Source of the DNA: Nitrospirales bacterium
GTDB taxonomy: Bacteria > Nitrospirota > Nitrospiria > Nitrospirales > UBA8639
Direction of reading: 5' to 3'
DNA: 64,000 bases
Assembly: GCA_963555755.3 (NCBI GenBank)
Contig: OY820905.2
Coordinates: 864,001-928,000, forward strand
In this document: positions 1-10,482 of the stretch, piece by piece
Numbering within the stretch: the first letter of the stretch is position 1
How the letters are laid out: every line of letters begins with the position of its first letter
The notes under the pieces: model-generated
Told to the model about the DNA's origin: nothing
What the model saw: the letters and a program-made list of their open reading frames with translations, nothing else
The model's database searches: none
Made by a program: the position numbers and the translations under genes

Positions 1-532
1 TGTAAAAAATATTATTCATTATAAAAACCTATAATAACAAGGAGGATCTACCATAGACGTTCCAATAAGTCAATAACATTAAACAAGTTTCTTTATGAGA
101 AATATCTACCATTTACCTCTACCTCTGAGGATATTTGAGGACTTTCGTCAAGCTATTGATTCACTCTCCATGAATTTCTTCCTAGACAATTTAACTTGCT
201 TTATGCTCACAGCCTACTCTCAGACCTACCCCAAGGGCTGACCCCTAATCATCACATTCGATTCTTCTAGCCCAAGGAAATATTTAAAAAGTATTCAGCC
301 TGCCTCTGCCATGAAAATCGTCGGCAAGTAATTAACACGCCAATTTTTTCCCAGAGTTAGGATGCCGCCTACAGGTAACGAGACCCTTTGAAAAACATAC
401 GATTTTCTTTTTATTACGTATATTAGCCGAATGCAATTCACTACACATCCCTGCACACCTTTCCCTGACGTTCCATCTATCATTTCCTTGTAACTCATTG
501 ATTATTTGCAAAGTTTCAAATTAACCCCAGGA

Positions 533-548
533 AGGCATCATTATTGCT
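533..548 (+). promoter_or_regulatory. putative sigma-54 (-24/-12) promoter of the giant secreted protein gene
   Basis: AGGCATCATTATTGCT has exact GG-N10-GC spacing, about 160-200 bp upstream of the possible starts. Confidence 0.5.
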
Positions 549-704
549 CTCTTGGATATTATTTTCTGTGTGTTAAGGCCAATACACACATAGCTATCCT
601 TCGTTTTTTTTTAATAAGCAAATTTTTACCACAGACCATAGGCGATTTTAGCGATTAATGGAAGGAATTCGACTGAAACCTTCAAGAGGAAAACCTGCCA
701 TCCC

Positions 705-3700
705 ATGATTTTGATGACGAATAACTCATCGTTCATGAGGAAGACACCAATGGAACCCCCCGTGACAAGGGTTCAACACCTTTTTCGTGTAATCCCGTTC
801 ACCGCCCTACAACTTTCGTTGCTTCTCATTTTTTCTGGGGTTGTCAATTCATCGGCAGTGCTGGGAGCCGAAACGTGTACGTGCACCGTCAGTTGGACCG
901 CGAATACCGAACCTGATTTGGCCGGATATGAAATTTATATTGGTGATCAACCTGGGGTGTATAACCACCCTGATTCGCCTATTTCAGTTGGACCCATCAC
1001 GAGCTACACATTTCCACCTGGCACGCTCGTACCGGGAGTGACCTATTATTACGCCTTAAAAGCCCGAGACTTCTCCAATAACTTAAGCGGTCTCTCACTA
1101 GAGGTCCAAGGTGGGCTGCCTAGTGTTCCACCCCCACCACCGCCTGGCAACGGCTTCCTCCAAGACAGTGGCCCCGATGGCCTGCTCGTCGTGGAAGCCG
1201 AACATGCCCACACGAATACCCCCCAAGACAGCCATAGCTGGGTCTTGTCCACTACCCCCGCCGGCTTCTCCGGCTCCGGCAACATGACCACAACCCCCAA
1301 TTCCGGGACGTCCCACAATACCAACTATACCACCCTCAGCCCTCGCTTAGATTTTGAGGTCACCTTTGTCCAGACTGGGGTGCATTATATTTGGGTACGC
1401 GGCTGGGGAACCACGGGCACAGACGATTCCGTGCATGTGGGATTCAATGGCCAAGCAATAGCCTCCAGCGATCGGCTCTCTGGTTTCACATCAACATGGA
1501 CGTGGTCCAACCAAACCATGGATGGATCGGTCGCCACTATCAATGTCCCGAGCCCCGGCACGCATACCCTGAACCTCTGGATGCGGGAGGATGGCACCGT
1601 AGTGGATAAACTCTTGCTCACCACCAATGCCAGTTTGCCCACCCCCAATGGCACTGGCCCACCGGAAAGCCCTCAGGAGTCCCCACCGCCACCCACCCTG
1701 CATACCCTCACGGTGAATCTAAACGGCAGTGGCACGGTCACGAGTAGCACCACCGGCATTCGCTGTCCCGGAACCTGTACCGCGGACTTTGACGAGGGTA
1801 CGAGTGTGACGCTGTCCGCAGAAGCCGGCAGTCAGCAGGCCTTTGATGGCTGGAACGGCAGTGGCTGTACAGGGACAGGCACCTGTACAATAAGGATGGA
1901 TCAGGCCCAAGAGATAACCGCATCCTTCTCTCCGCTCCCCCCACCCCCACCGGCCGATGGCCCCGGCTTCCAACAAGCCACCGATGCCCAGGGACTCGTC
2001 GTGATGGAAGCGGAACATGCCCATAGCAATTTCCCCCAAGGTTCTCATAATTGGGATCTCATGACTGACGCCAATGCCGTCGGCACGCAAGGGATGACCG
2101 CAACCCCCAATCTTCAGACCAGTAACAATACCGGCTATACCACCAAGAGCCCGCGGCTGGATTTCACCGTGAACTTTGCGCACACCGGCACCCACTACGT
2201 CTGGATCCGCGGACTGGGCACGAGCGACTATGATGATTCCGTTCATCTGGGATTGGATGGCCAAGCCGTGAATACCAGTGATCGCATTTCCAGTTTCACT
2301 ACCAGTTGGAATTGGTCTAACAATACGATGGATGGCGTCATTGCCACCATTGATGTCCCCTCGGTAGGGGAACATACCATCAACATCTGGATGCGCGAAG
2401 ATGGCTTCCAAATTGACCGCATGCTCTTGACGAAACATGCAAAGTATAGCCCCACGGGCGAGGGCCCCGCGGAAAGCTCCCAGTCTGAAGAACCCGCTGA
2501 CACTACGCCTCCGACCATCCCTTCGATCACCTCGGCTGTCGCGGACTCCTCCACAGCCGCGACAATCACTTGGGAAGCCGCCACCGATAACGTGGCGGTC
2601 ACGGGCTATGCCATCTATCGTGATAATAATTTACTGACCACCACACCTGACCTGACCTATGTGGATACCAATTTGGCACCGTTCACGACCTACGGATACT
2701 CAGTCGTTGCTCAGGATGCCGCCAATAACGTTTCTTCCCCAAGTTCAACCATTTCTGTCACGACACTTCCCGAATTCACCGACCCTCATGGGGCCCCAAC
2801 CATTCAGGCAGTCCAGGTTGATTCTGATTCACAACTTACCATCAATTGGATCCCAGCCCCTGAAGATGTCTTGGCCGGGGTTGAGGCATCCGTGAATCTT
2901 GGAGCGGCAGCATATTGTCCGGCAATGGAACCACCCGAGTCTGGCCAACCAATTATCAACATTGCCAGTGGTGATGTGAATGACCTCTTGTCAAAAATAT
3001 CGTCCGCCCAATCGGGAACCACTTTCCTATTAGAGGATAGAGTCTATGTACTACCATCGAGTAAATCACTGGAAATTAAAACACCTGGGTTGATCATCCG
3101 AAGCGCCTCCGGCAACCGAGAGGCCGTCCGCATCGAGGGAGGCTACAACAATATTTCCGTCAATGTAGATGAATTTACAGTCGCCGACGTGACATTGAGT
3201 CAGCCCACCAATCACAACATTCAAGTGCGAGGGGAAAAGGGCATTACCGGAACAACGATTTACAATGTTCATCTGTTGGATGCCGGACAGCAATTTGTGA
3301 AAGTGAGCACTGGTGATGGCACCCTCGGGAAATTCGCTGACTATGGTCTCGTGGCCTGCTCCCGCATCGAATATACGACATTCTCCAAAGGAACTGACCA
3401 CTCACTGCCAAACTACACAAACGGGGTGGACATACTCGCGGGGAAGGGATGGGTCATTCGCGACAATGAGTTTCGTCGGATTCGAAGCGAAGCCGGTCCG
3501 GCTGGGCCTGCAATCCTAGTCTGGAAAAACTCGCTTGACACCATTATTCGCCGGAATCTGATTGTCGACAGTTGGCGAGGTATTGCGTTGGGGCTTAGTT
3601 CGCCAAATGACCTCTCACGGGGCGGAGCCGACGTACTCTATGATCACCAAAACGGACTCGTGGAAAATAATGTTATCTTGGCTCTCACAGAACCGGCAGA

Positions 3701-6617
3701 CGCCGCCATTGAAAATAATTATGCTCTCAATTCTCAGGTTCAACACAATACCATCTATTATCATGAAGGCCTGAATCACTCGGTGAACTGGTCAATTGAA
3801 TATCGCTTTGGACCCACCACCGTAAACATTTCCGACAATTTAACGAACTTTCCTATCATCGTTCGCAGTCCACTTCCAGCCCAGCAGGGAACACTTGAGG
3901 GTAATATCACAGATGCCCAAGCTAACTGGTTTATCGATATTATGGCAGAAAATTATCATCTTTCCCAAAGCTCTGGAGGGGGAACCGCGACGGCCTTTAC
4001 CCTCTATCGAGATGGGGTGCCTGTTGGAACCACCCCAAACTGGCATTATGCAGACTCTAACCTCACCCCGTCTACCACATACACCTATTCGGTGACCGCT
4101 CTTGACGCCACGGACAATGAGTCTGCTCACTCTGCCCCGGTTACGGGCACAACCCTCTCCCTCGCAGATACGACCCCACCCAGTACCCCCACGATTCAAT
4201 CGGCGGTGGTGGACTCCTCGACTCAAGCGACCCTCACCTGGTCGGCCGCTACGGATAATGTCGCGGTGACCGGCTACACGCTGTACCGCGATAACAACCC
4301 TCTGGCCACCACGTCCAATTTGTCTTACGTGGATTCCAATTTATCCCCATCCACGACCTATGCCTATTTCGTCGTCGCCCATGATGCCATGGACAACACT
4401 TCAGACCCTTCAACCACAATGTCCGTGGTCTCCCTGGAAGCGCCACCGGCCGATGGCCCCGGCTTCCAACAAGCCACCGATGCCCAGGGACTCGTCGTGA
4501 TGGAAGCGGAACATGCCCATAGCAATTTCCCCCAAGGTTCTCATAATTGGGATCTCATGACTGACGCCAATGCCGTCGGCACGCAAGGGATGACCGCAAC
4601 CCCCAATCTTCAGACCAGTAACAATACCGGCTATACCACCAAGAGCCCGCGGCTGGATTTCACCGTGTACTTTGCGCACACCGGCACCCACTACGTCTGG
4701 ATCCGCGGACTGGGCACTAGCGACATGGATGATTCCGTTCATCTGGGATTGGATGGCCAAGCCGTGAATACCAGTGATCGAATCGATGGCTTTAGTCCTG
4801 CTTGGCAATGGTCCAACCATACCAGAGACAATGCCCCAGCAATTATTGATGTCCCCTCGGTAGGGGAACATACCATCAACATCTGGATGCGCGAAGATGG
4901 CTTCCTCCTTGACCGCCTACTCTTGACGAAACAGGTAAATTATAGCCCCACGGGTGAGGGCCCACCGGAAAGCCCTCAGGAGTCCCTGCCGCCACCACCC
5001 CCCACCCTGCATACGCTCACGGTGAATCTAAACGGCAGTGGCACGGTCACGAGTAGCACCACCGGCATTCGCTGCCCCGGAACCTGTAGTGCGGACTTTG
5101 ACGAGGGTACGAGTGTGACGCTGTCCGCAGAAGCCGGCAGTCAGCAGGCCTTTGATGGCTGGAACGGCAGTGGCTGTACAGGTACAGGCACCTGTACAAT
5201 AACGATGGATCAGGCCCAAGAGATAACCGCATCCTTCTCTCCGCTCCCCCCACCCCCACCGACAGATGGCCCCGGCTTCCAACAAACCACCGACGCCCAG
5301 GGACTCGTCGTGATGGAAGCTGAACATGCCCATAGCAATTTCCCCCAAGGTTCTCATAATTGGGATCTCATGACTGACGCCAATGCCGTCGGCACGCAAG
5401 GGATGACCGCAACCCCCAATCTTCAGACCAATAACAATACCGGCTATACCACCAAGAGCCCGCGGCTGGATTTCATCGTGAACTTTGCGCATACCGGCAC
5501 CCACTACGTCTGGATCCGCGGACTGGGCACTAGCGACATGGATGATTCCGTTCATCTGGGATTGGATGGCCAAGCCGTGAATACCAGTGATCGGATCGAT
5601 GGCTTTAGTCCTGCTTGGCAATGGTCCAACCATACCAGAGACAATGCCCCAGCAATTATTGATGTCCCCTCGGTAGGGGAACATACCATCAACATCTGGA
5701 TGCGCGAAGATGGCTTCCTCATTGACCGCCTACTCTTGACGAAACAGGTAAATTATAGCCCCACGGGTGAGGGCCCACCGGAAAGCCCTCAGGAGTCCCC
5801 GCCGCCACCACCCCCCACCCTGCATACGCTCACGGTGAATCTAAACGGCAGTGGCACGGTCACGAGTAGCACCACCGGCATTCGCTGCCCCGGAACCTGT
5901 ACCGCGGACTTTGACGAGGGTACGAGTGTGACGTTGTCCGCAGAGGCCGGCAGTGAGCAGGCCTTTGATGGCTGGAACGGCAGTGGCTGTACAGGGACAG
6001 GCACCTGTACAATAAGGATGGATCAGGCCCAAGAGATAACCGCATCCTTCTCTCCGCTCCCCCCACCACCGCCTGGCAGCGGTTTCCTCCAAGACAGTGG
6101 CCCCGATGGCCTGCTCGTCGTGGAAGCCGAACATGCCCACACGAATACCCCCCAAGACAGCCATAGCTGGGTCTTGTCCACTACCCCCGCCGGCTTCTCC
6201 GGCTCCGGCAACATGACCACAACCCCCAATTCCGGGACGTCCCACAATACCAACTATACCACCCTCAGCCCTCGCTTAGATTTTGAGGTCACCTTTGTCC
6301 AGACTGGGGTGCATTATATTTGGGTACGCGGCTGGGGAACCACGGGCACAGACGATTCCGTGCATGTGGGATTCAATGGCCAAGCAATAGCCTCCAGCGA
6401 TCGGCTCTCTGGTTTCACATCAACATGGACGTGGTCCAACCAAACCATGGATGGATCGGTCGCCACTATCAATGTCCCGAGCCCCGACACGCATACCCTG
6501 AACCTCTGGATGCGGGAGGATGGCACCGTAGTGGATAAACTCTTGCTCACCACCAATGCCAGTTTGCCCACCCCCAATGGCACTGGGCCTGCCGAAAGTC
6601 AGGAGGTGACACCATGA
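705..6617 (+). CDS. giant secreted modular protein: FN3 domains, five beta-sandwich carbohydrate-binding-like modules, three InlB B-repeat-like modules, central right-handed beta-helix (polysaccharide lyase-like) domain
   Basis: 1970 aa ORF; hydrophobic signal-like N-terminus (true start may be 735 or 750); FN3 motifs (W..ATDNVAVTGY.IYRD, TTY.Y.V.A.D); repeated VVMEAEH...WMREDG modules; Pro-rich linkers. Confidence 0.85.
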   Translation: MILMTNNSSFMRKTPMEPPVTRVQHLFRVIPFTALQLSLLLIFSGVVNSSAVLGAETCTCTVSWTANTEPDLAGYEIYIGDQPGVYNHPDSPISVGPITSYTFPPGTLVPGVTYYYALKARDFSNNLSGLSLEVQGGLPSVPPPPPPGNGFLQDSGPDGLLVVEAEHAHTNTPQDSHSWVLSTTPAGFSGSGNMTTTPNSGTSHNTNYTTLSPRLDFEVTFVQTGVHYIWVRGWGTTGTDDSVHVGFNGQAIASSDRLSGFTSTWTWSNQTMDGSVATINVPSPGTHTLNLWMREDGTVVDKLLLTTNASLPTPNGTGPPESPQESPPPPTLHTLTVNLNGSGTVTSSTTGIRCPGTCTADFDEGTSVTLSAEAGSQQAFDGWNGSGCTGTGTCTIRMDQAQEITASFSPLPPPPPADGPGFQQATDAQGLVVMEAEHAHSNFPQGSHNWDLMTDANAVGTQGMTATPNLQTSNNTGYTTKSPRLDFTVNFAHTGTHYVWIRGLGTSDYDDSVHLGLDGQAVNTSDRISSFTTSWNWSNNTMDGVIATIDVPSVGEHTINIWMREDGFQIDRMLLTKHAKYSPTGEGPAESSQSEEPADTTPPTIPSITSAVADSSTAATITWEAATDNVAVTGYAIYRDNNLLTTTPDLTYVDTNLAPFTTYGYSVVAQDAANNVSSPSSTISVTTLPEFTDPHGAPTIQAVQVDSDSQLTINWIPAPEDVLAGVEASVNLGAAAYCPAMEPPESGQPIINIASGDVNDLLSKISSAQSGTTFLLEDRVYVLPSSKSLEIKTPGLIIRSASGNREAVRIEGGYNNISVNVDEFTVADVTLSQPTNHNIQVRGEKGITGTTIYNVHLLDAGQQFVKVSTGDGTLGKFADYGLVACSRIEYTTFSKGTDHSLPNYTNGVDILAGKGWVIRDNEFRRIRSEAGPAGPAILVWKNSLDTIIRRNLIVDSWRGIALGLSSPNDLSRGGADVLYDHQNGLVENNVILALTEPADAAIENNYALNSQVQHNTIYYHEGLNHSVNWSIEYRFGPTTVNISDNLTNFPIIVRSPLPAQQGTLEGNITDAQANWFIDIMAENYHLSQSSGGGTATAFTLYRDGVPVGTTPNWHYADSNLTPSTTYTYSVTALDATDNESAHSAPVTGTTLSLADTTPPSTPTIQSAVVDSSTQATLTWSAATDNVAVTGYTLYRDNNPLATTSNLSYVDSNLSPSTTYAYFVVAHDAMDNTSDPSTTMSVVSLEAPPADGPGFQQATDAQGLVVMEAEHAHSNFPQGSHNWDLMTDANAVGTQGMTATPNLQTSNNTGYTTKSPRLDFTVYFAHTGTHYVWIRGLGTSDMDDSVHLGLDGQAVNTSDRIDGFSPAWQWSNHTRDNAPAIIDVPSVGEHTINIWMREDGFLLDRLLLTKQVNYSPTGEGPPESPQESLPPPPPTLHTLTVNLNGSGTVTSSTTGIRCPGTCSADFDEGTSVTLSAEAGSQQAFDGWNGSGCTGTGTCTITMDQAQEITASFSPLPPPPPTDGPGFQQTTDAQGLVVMEAEHAHSNFPQGSHNWDLMTDANAVGTQGMTATPNLQTNNNTGYTTKSPRLDFIVNFAHTGTHYVWIRGLGTSDMDDSVHLGLDGQAVNTSDRIDGFSPAWQWSNHTRDNAPAIIDVPSVGEHTINIWMREDGFLIDRLLLTKQVNYSPTGEGPPESPQESPPPPPPTLHTLTVNLNGSGTVTSSTTGIRCPGTCTADFDEGTSVTLSAEAGSEQAFDGWNGSGCTGTGTCTIRMDQAQEITASFSPLPPPPPGSGFLQDSGPDGLLVVEAEHAHTNTPQDSHSWVLSTTPAGFSGSGNMTTTPNSGTSHNTNYTTLSPRLDFEVTFVQTGVHYIWVRGWGTTGTDDSVHVGFNGQAIASSDRLSGFTSTWTWSNQTMDGSVATINVPSPDTHTLNLWMREDGTVVDKLLLTTNASLPTPNGTGPAESQEVTP

Positions 6618-6705
6618 GCTTTCATCTCATGACTTGAATTGAACAATTTTAAAAAGTGCGAAGTAGGTGAGTTTCAGAGACCGCATTAACAAGAAAAAAT
6701 GCGGG

Positions 6706-8430
6706 TTATATTTCAAACTGCGCTTCATAGAGAATGCGATACACACCTTCTCGTGCGAGAAGAGTCGCATGCGTTCCTTCATCTACCAGATTCCCTCGGT
6801 CTAGCACCAAAATGCGATTGACCTTCTGAAGGGTAGAAAATCGGTGGGCAATCACGATCGTTGTTCGGCCCTGAGTCAACACCTCCAGGGCTTCTCGAAT
6901 TTTCACTTCGGTTTCCGTATCAATGTTCGACGTGGCCTCATCAAAAATAACGATAGGAGGATCTTTCAGAAGCACACGAGCAATCGCGACCCGTTGCTTC
7001 TGTCCCACCGAGAGTTTCACGCCTCGTTCACCAATCCAGGTGTCATACTTTTCCGGCAACTCCGAAATAAACTCATGAGCCCGTGCCGCTATGGCCACAC
7101 CTTCGATTTCAGATTGGGTGGCCTCCGGGTTGCTATAGGCAATGTTGTCTCGAACCGTTCCATTAAATAAAAACGGTTCCTGCTGCACGAATCCAATCTG
7201 ATTTCGAACAAACGCCAATGGCAAATCTCTGACATCAACACCCCCTAAGGATAGGCTTCCTCCTTTGACATCATAAAAACGCATGATCAATTTAATCAGC
7301 GTACTTTTGCCGGCCCCGCTCGGCCCCACAAGCGCGATTCGTTCGCCCGCAGGAATGTGCACGTTGACCCCTTTCAACACCGGAACATCGGGTCTGTAGG
7401 CAAACATCACATTCTTTAACGTCACCGTCCCTTCGAATGTTCCTCCTGGAGCCACAACACCGGGACGATCAACCACTTCGGGTTCGGTATCAAGCACATC
7501 AAAGATTCGCTCACTGGCAGCCAGAGCGTGCTGTAACATATGGTTCACCGAATGAATTTGGTTGACCGGCACATAAAACAGCGCTAGATAGGACACAAAC
7601 ATAAACAGTTCACCAATCGACAACTGACCCGACAACACTTCGCCCGGACTCACCCACAGGACCAAGATCGTACCCAAACTTCCGATGAAAATCATGCTGG
7701 GTGAATACACCGACCAGAGAAACATAGCCTTTAACGTGCTCGCGTTCACGGCCTGACTCTTCTGATCAAATCGCGCGCGCTCATATTCGTGCCGATTAAA
7801 ACCCATGGTCTCTCGAATTCCTGACAAGGCGTCTTGAAGGTATGCACTCAAATCCGCGGTATTTTTTCGGATCACATGATAGTATCCGTGCACTCGCCGT
7901 GAGAACGTGACACCGGAGATGGCCAAAATTGGAATCGGAATCAAGGCCAACAGCGCCAGCTTCCAATTCAGCGCAAAAAGGAGAATCGTAATACCCACGA
8001 GTGTGAGTGAGGCCGTCAACATCCCCTCCAGACCATCAATAAAAATCCGCTCCACATGTTCCGTATCACTCATCACCCGAGACATGATTTCTCCGGTTGA
8101 GCGGTTTTCATAGAAACTGATCGACAAGCGTTGCAGCGCATGAAACACTTGTTGCCGCAGATCAAAAATTACCCGCTGCTCCAGAATATTATTAAACCGG
8201 ATCCGAAAAGAGTTGAGGATATTTTTGAATCCATAGGCCCCAACCAACCCTCCTAACACCCAGGGAAGCAAGTCGGTTCGTTCGCCTTGGATGACATCAT
8301 CGATAATAACTTTAATCAGCCACGGCGGGAGAAGATCGAAAATCGTGGTGAGTGTCGCAAAGGACAACGTGGTCAACACCAGACGACGGTGAGGACGTAG
8401 ATAGCCAAGAATTCGGAAAAGAGAATTCAC
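6706..8430 (-). CDS. ABC exporter, fused permease/ATP-binding protein (MsbA-like)
   Basis: N-terminal TM helices; Walker A GPSGAGKS, signature LSVGQKQR, Walker B IVIFDEATS. Confidence 0.93.
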   Translation of the reverse strand: MNSLFRILGYLRPHRRLVLTTLSFATLTTIFDLLPPWLIKVIIDDVIQGERTDLLPWVLGGLVGAYGFKNILNSFRIRFNNILEQRVIFDLRQQVFHALQRLSISFYENRSTGEIMSRVMSDTEHVERIFIDGLEGMLTASLTLVGITILLFALNWKLALLALIPIPILAISGVTFSRRVHGYYHVIRKNTADLSAYLQDALSGIRETMGFNRHEYERARFDQKSQAVNASTLKAMFLWSVYSPSMIFIGSLGTILVLWVSPGEVLSGQLSIGELFMFVSYLALFYVPVNQIHSVNHMLQHALAASERIFDVLDTEPEVVDRPGVVAPGGTFEGTVTLKNVMFAYRPDVPVLKGVNVHIPAGERIALVGPSGAGKSTLIKLIMRFYDVKGGSLSLGGVDVRDLPLAFVRNQIGFVQQEPFLFNGTVRDNIAYSNPEATQSEIEGVAIAARAHEFISELPEKYDTWIGERGVKLSVGQKQRVAIARVLLKDPPIVIFDEATSNIDTETEVKIREALEVLTQGRTTIVIAHRFSTLQKVNRILVLDRGNLVDEGTHATLLAREGVYRILYEAQFEI

Positions 8431-8524
8431 AAAGAGTTACACAATCTACAAAGGGACTGTTGAATAATTGAACATTTCCAATGGATATGGCCATCTGAGA
8501 CAGTTCATGCCATCTCAAGAGCAA

Positions 8525-8648
8525 GGGGGGTGTTCAAAAAGGCCCGTCCAGCAAGGCCGCAGGACCTTTGGCGCGCGGAGCGTACATGGAGTACGCGAGC
8601 ACGACAAAGGGCCGAGAACGCTGCTGGCGGACTTTTTCAACGCCCCCC
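8525..8648 (+). repeat. family A long palindromic repeat (stand-alone)
   Basis: GGGGGGTGTTCAAAAAGG...TTTTTCAACGCCCCCC terminal inverted repeat; core GGAGCGTAC-N5-GTACGCGAG; homologous to 12476, 13790 and 48600. Confidence 0.9.
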
Positions 8649-8680
8649 ACAAAGAGAAATTGTGATCAGGTAGGATGCCG

Positions 8681-9211
8681 CTATATCACGGCAGCGGACT
8701 CTTCCTTCCAATACGAGTCAAACTCTTTCAACTGAGTCAGCGTCGAGAGATCAGTCATTCGATCAAGAAACATCTTGCCAAGCAAATGGTCCATTTCATG
8801 CTGGATGCACACGCCATAGAGCCCGGTCGCTTCAAAATCCAAGACCTGGCCATACCGATCGAGCGCTTCGACGCGAATCGCGGAAGGTCGAGTCACTTTC
8901 CCCCGCAACCCATCAACACTCAAACACCCTTCCCACATCTCCACTTGCTCTGGCCCGTAAAAAACAATTTTGGGATTAATCAGCACGGTGTTGGGAAAGC
9001 CGGAATCTCCCTCACAGCCCATCACCACGAGTTGTTCCGACCGTGAAACCTGAGGAGCGGCTAATCCAATCCCATCATTTTCACCCATGGTCTCAAACAT
9101 ATCATCAATTAATTGTTGAAACGCCGAGGTCGCAATCACCTCCTGGACAATCGGGCTCGCAATCTTTCGCAAGACCGGGTTGCCTAACTTGGCAATGGGT
9201 AAAACCGGCAT
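8681..9211 (-). CDS. def: peptide deformylase
   Basis: motifs GIGLAAPQ, EGCLS, QHEMDHL. Confidence 0.97.
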   Translation of the reverse strand: MPVLPIAKLGNPVLRKIASPIVQEVIATSAFQQLIDDMFETMGENDGIGLAAPQVSRSEQLVVMGCEGDSGFPNTVLINPKIVFYGPEQVEMWEGCLSVDGLRGKVTRPSAIRVEALDRYGQVLDFEATGLYGVCIQHEMDHLLGKMFLDRMTDLSTLTQLKEFDSYWKEESAAVI

Positions 9212-9231
9212 ATGTATTTATCTCCTCTTTG

Positions 9232-9552
9232 AACCTAGAAGCGGCAGTTGGATCACAAAAGGCCGCGCTTAGCGCACCTGGTAAAATAAAAAAAGGTCTC
9301 ATCACCACGGAGGGTTCGCGCAAGAATACCTTCCCCGGTTTGGGTGCTGAGACACCTGTCTGGCAAGGCGCGAGGACTGCGCATACTCCTCGTATGGAAA
9401 GGACGAGCAACGCCGCCAGACAGGATGGATCGACGCCCAAACAGGGGAAGGTATTCTTGCGCGAACCCTAAGGTGAACTCGACTTTTTATATTTCACCAT
9501 GCACACCAATACCTTACACGGCTTTTTTGCGCCCAACTGCCGTTTCTAGGTT
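9232..9552. repeat. family D palindromic element with a family C element (9311-9469) nested inside
   Basis: D ends AACCTAGAAGCGGCAGTTGG / CCAACTGCCGTTTCTAGGTT; C ends AGGGTTCGCGCAAGAATACC / GGTATTCTTGCGCGAACCCT. Confidence 0.9.
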
Positions 9553-9585
9553 GAACGCAGCATGAGCAACAGAAAACCAGACCCC

Positions 9586-10386
9586 TTATGAAACCGGCTT
9601 TTCTGAAGGCGCCTCGGCCGGACTCTGCTGTTTCTTCAAAGCAGCCTCCCACCATTCCGTCCACTCAAGCGCCCATTGTTTTCGCTGTTCTTGTGTTGAC
9701 CCTTGCCAATCATGTGGCTTCCCGGCAAACCGCGTGAGCCGCCAAAATGAGTCTAAAGCCGTCGCCGCCACATATCGTTCAGGATCGGCTAGTAATTGAA
9801 TCAAGAGTGGCGGAATTTCGACATCTCGCACATAGCGTGATAAAAACGCGACAGCCCGACGCATGGTGTCACTGTCGTCATCCACAATAGATTTCAGGGC
9901 TGGAATGGACTGAATGGGGTCGAGCTTCACAGCTACACGAAGTCCACGTTCACGCACTCGCGTAACCTCATTGAGATCCATTGCCGCTTCCAACAGGTTC
10001 GGCACGGCCCTCGCATCTTTAATCATCGATAGGGTTAGGATCGCATTATATCGGAGACGCGTCCCTGGCAGTTTGAGCGCTTTGACCAACACAGGTACGA
10101 CAGGTTTTCCGAGATGCACAAATTCTCCCATAATGTACAATTCCTGTTGTCCTTCCAGAAGGGGCAAGAGACCCTCGGCACGCTTCAACTCTTTTTCGGA
10201 CAACACCTCAGGCGCCGGCGTGGCTTCCTGGATATCAGGAAATTCGGCTTCAGGAGGGGCATCATACGTTTGAACGGGAATGATGTGGCCGGCCAACGAA
10301 TCTTGCCACGCCCCAACCCACTGGGGTACGGCAAAAAAGATTCCTAACACGCAACTCGCCAATAACCCTAACGACTTTTTCATCAT
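9586..10386 (-). CDS. secreted HEAT-repeat protein
   Basis: signal peptide then HEAT-like repeats (RYNAILTL, RRAVAFL, YVAATAL); start taken at MMKKSLG. Confidence 0.75.
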   Translation of the reverse strand: MMKKSLGLLASCVLGIFFAVPQWVGAWQDSLAGHIIPVQTYDAPPEAEFPDIQEATPAPEVLSEKELKRAEGLLPLLEGQQELYIMGEFVHLGKPVVPVLVKALKLPGTRLRYNAILTLSMIKDARAVPNLLEAAMDLNEVTRVRERGLRVAVKLDPIQSIPALKSIVDDDSDTMRRAVAFLSRYVRDVEIPPLLIQLLADPERYVAATALDSFWRLTRFAGKPHDWQGSTQEQRKQWALEWTEWWEAALKKQQSPAEAPSEKPVS

Positions 10387-10482
10387 CACCCGTCTCCTCA
10401 CACTCACAAACATTCTCCCACCTTCCCTTCCTTCAGTCTAGTGGGTTCCCCGCAAACTGGTCAAGAAAAAGAGAAGCAGCCC

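Noticed and set aside
2270..5660. DGR-like variation among repeats of the giant protein
   Set aside because: The mismatch block involves all four bases and looks like mosaic recombination.
841..6583. Many short alternative-frame and antisense ORFs within long genes
   Set aside because: Shadow ORFs of GC-rich coding sequence; they repeat along with the host gene modules.
9043..9565. ORFs over repeat elements (also 8468, 21262-21737, 22663-23076, 31762, 36519-37009, 37354, 40974-41516, 48552-48839, 52884-53297)
   Set aside because: They are translations of the palindromic repeats, recur wherever the repeat occurs and have no protein motifs.
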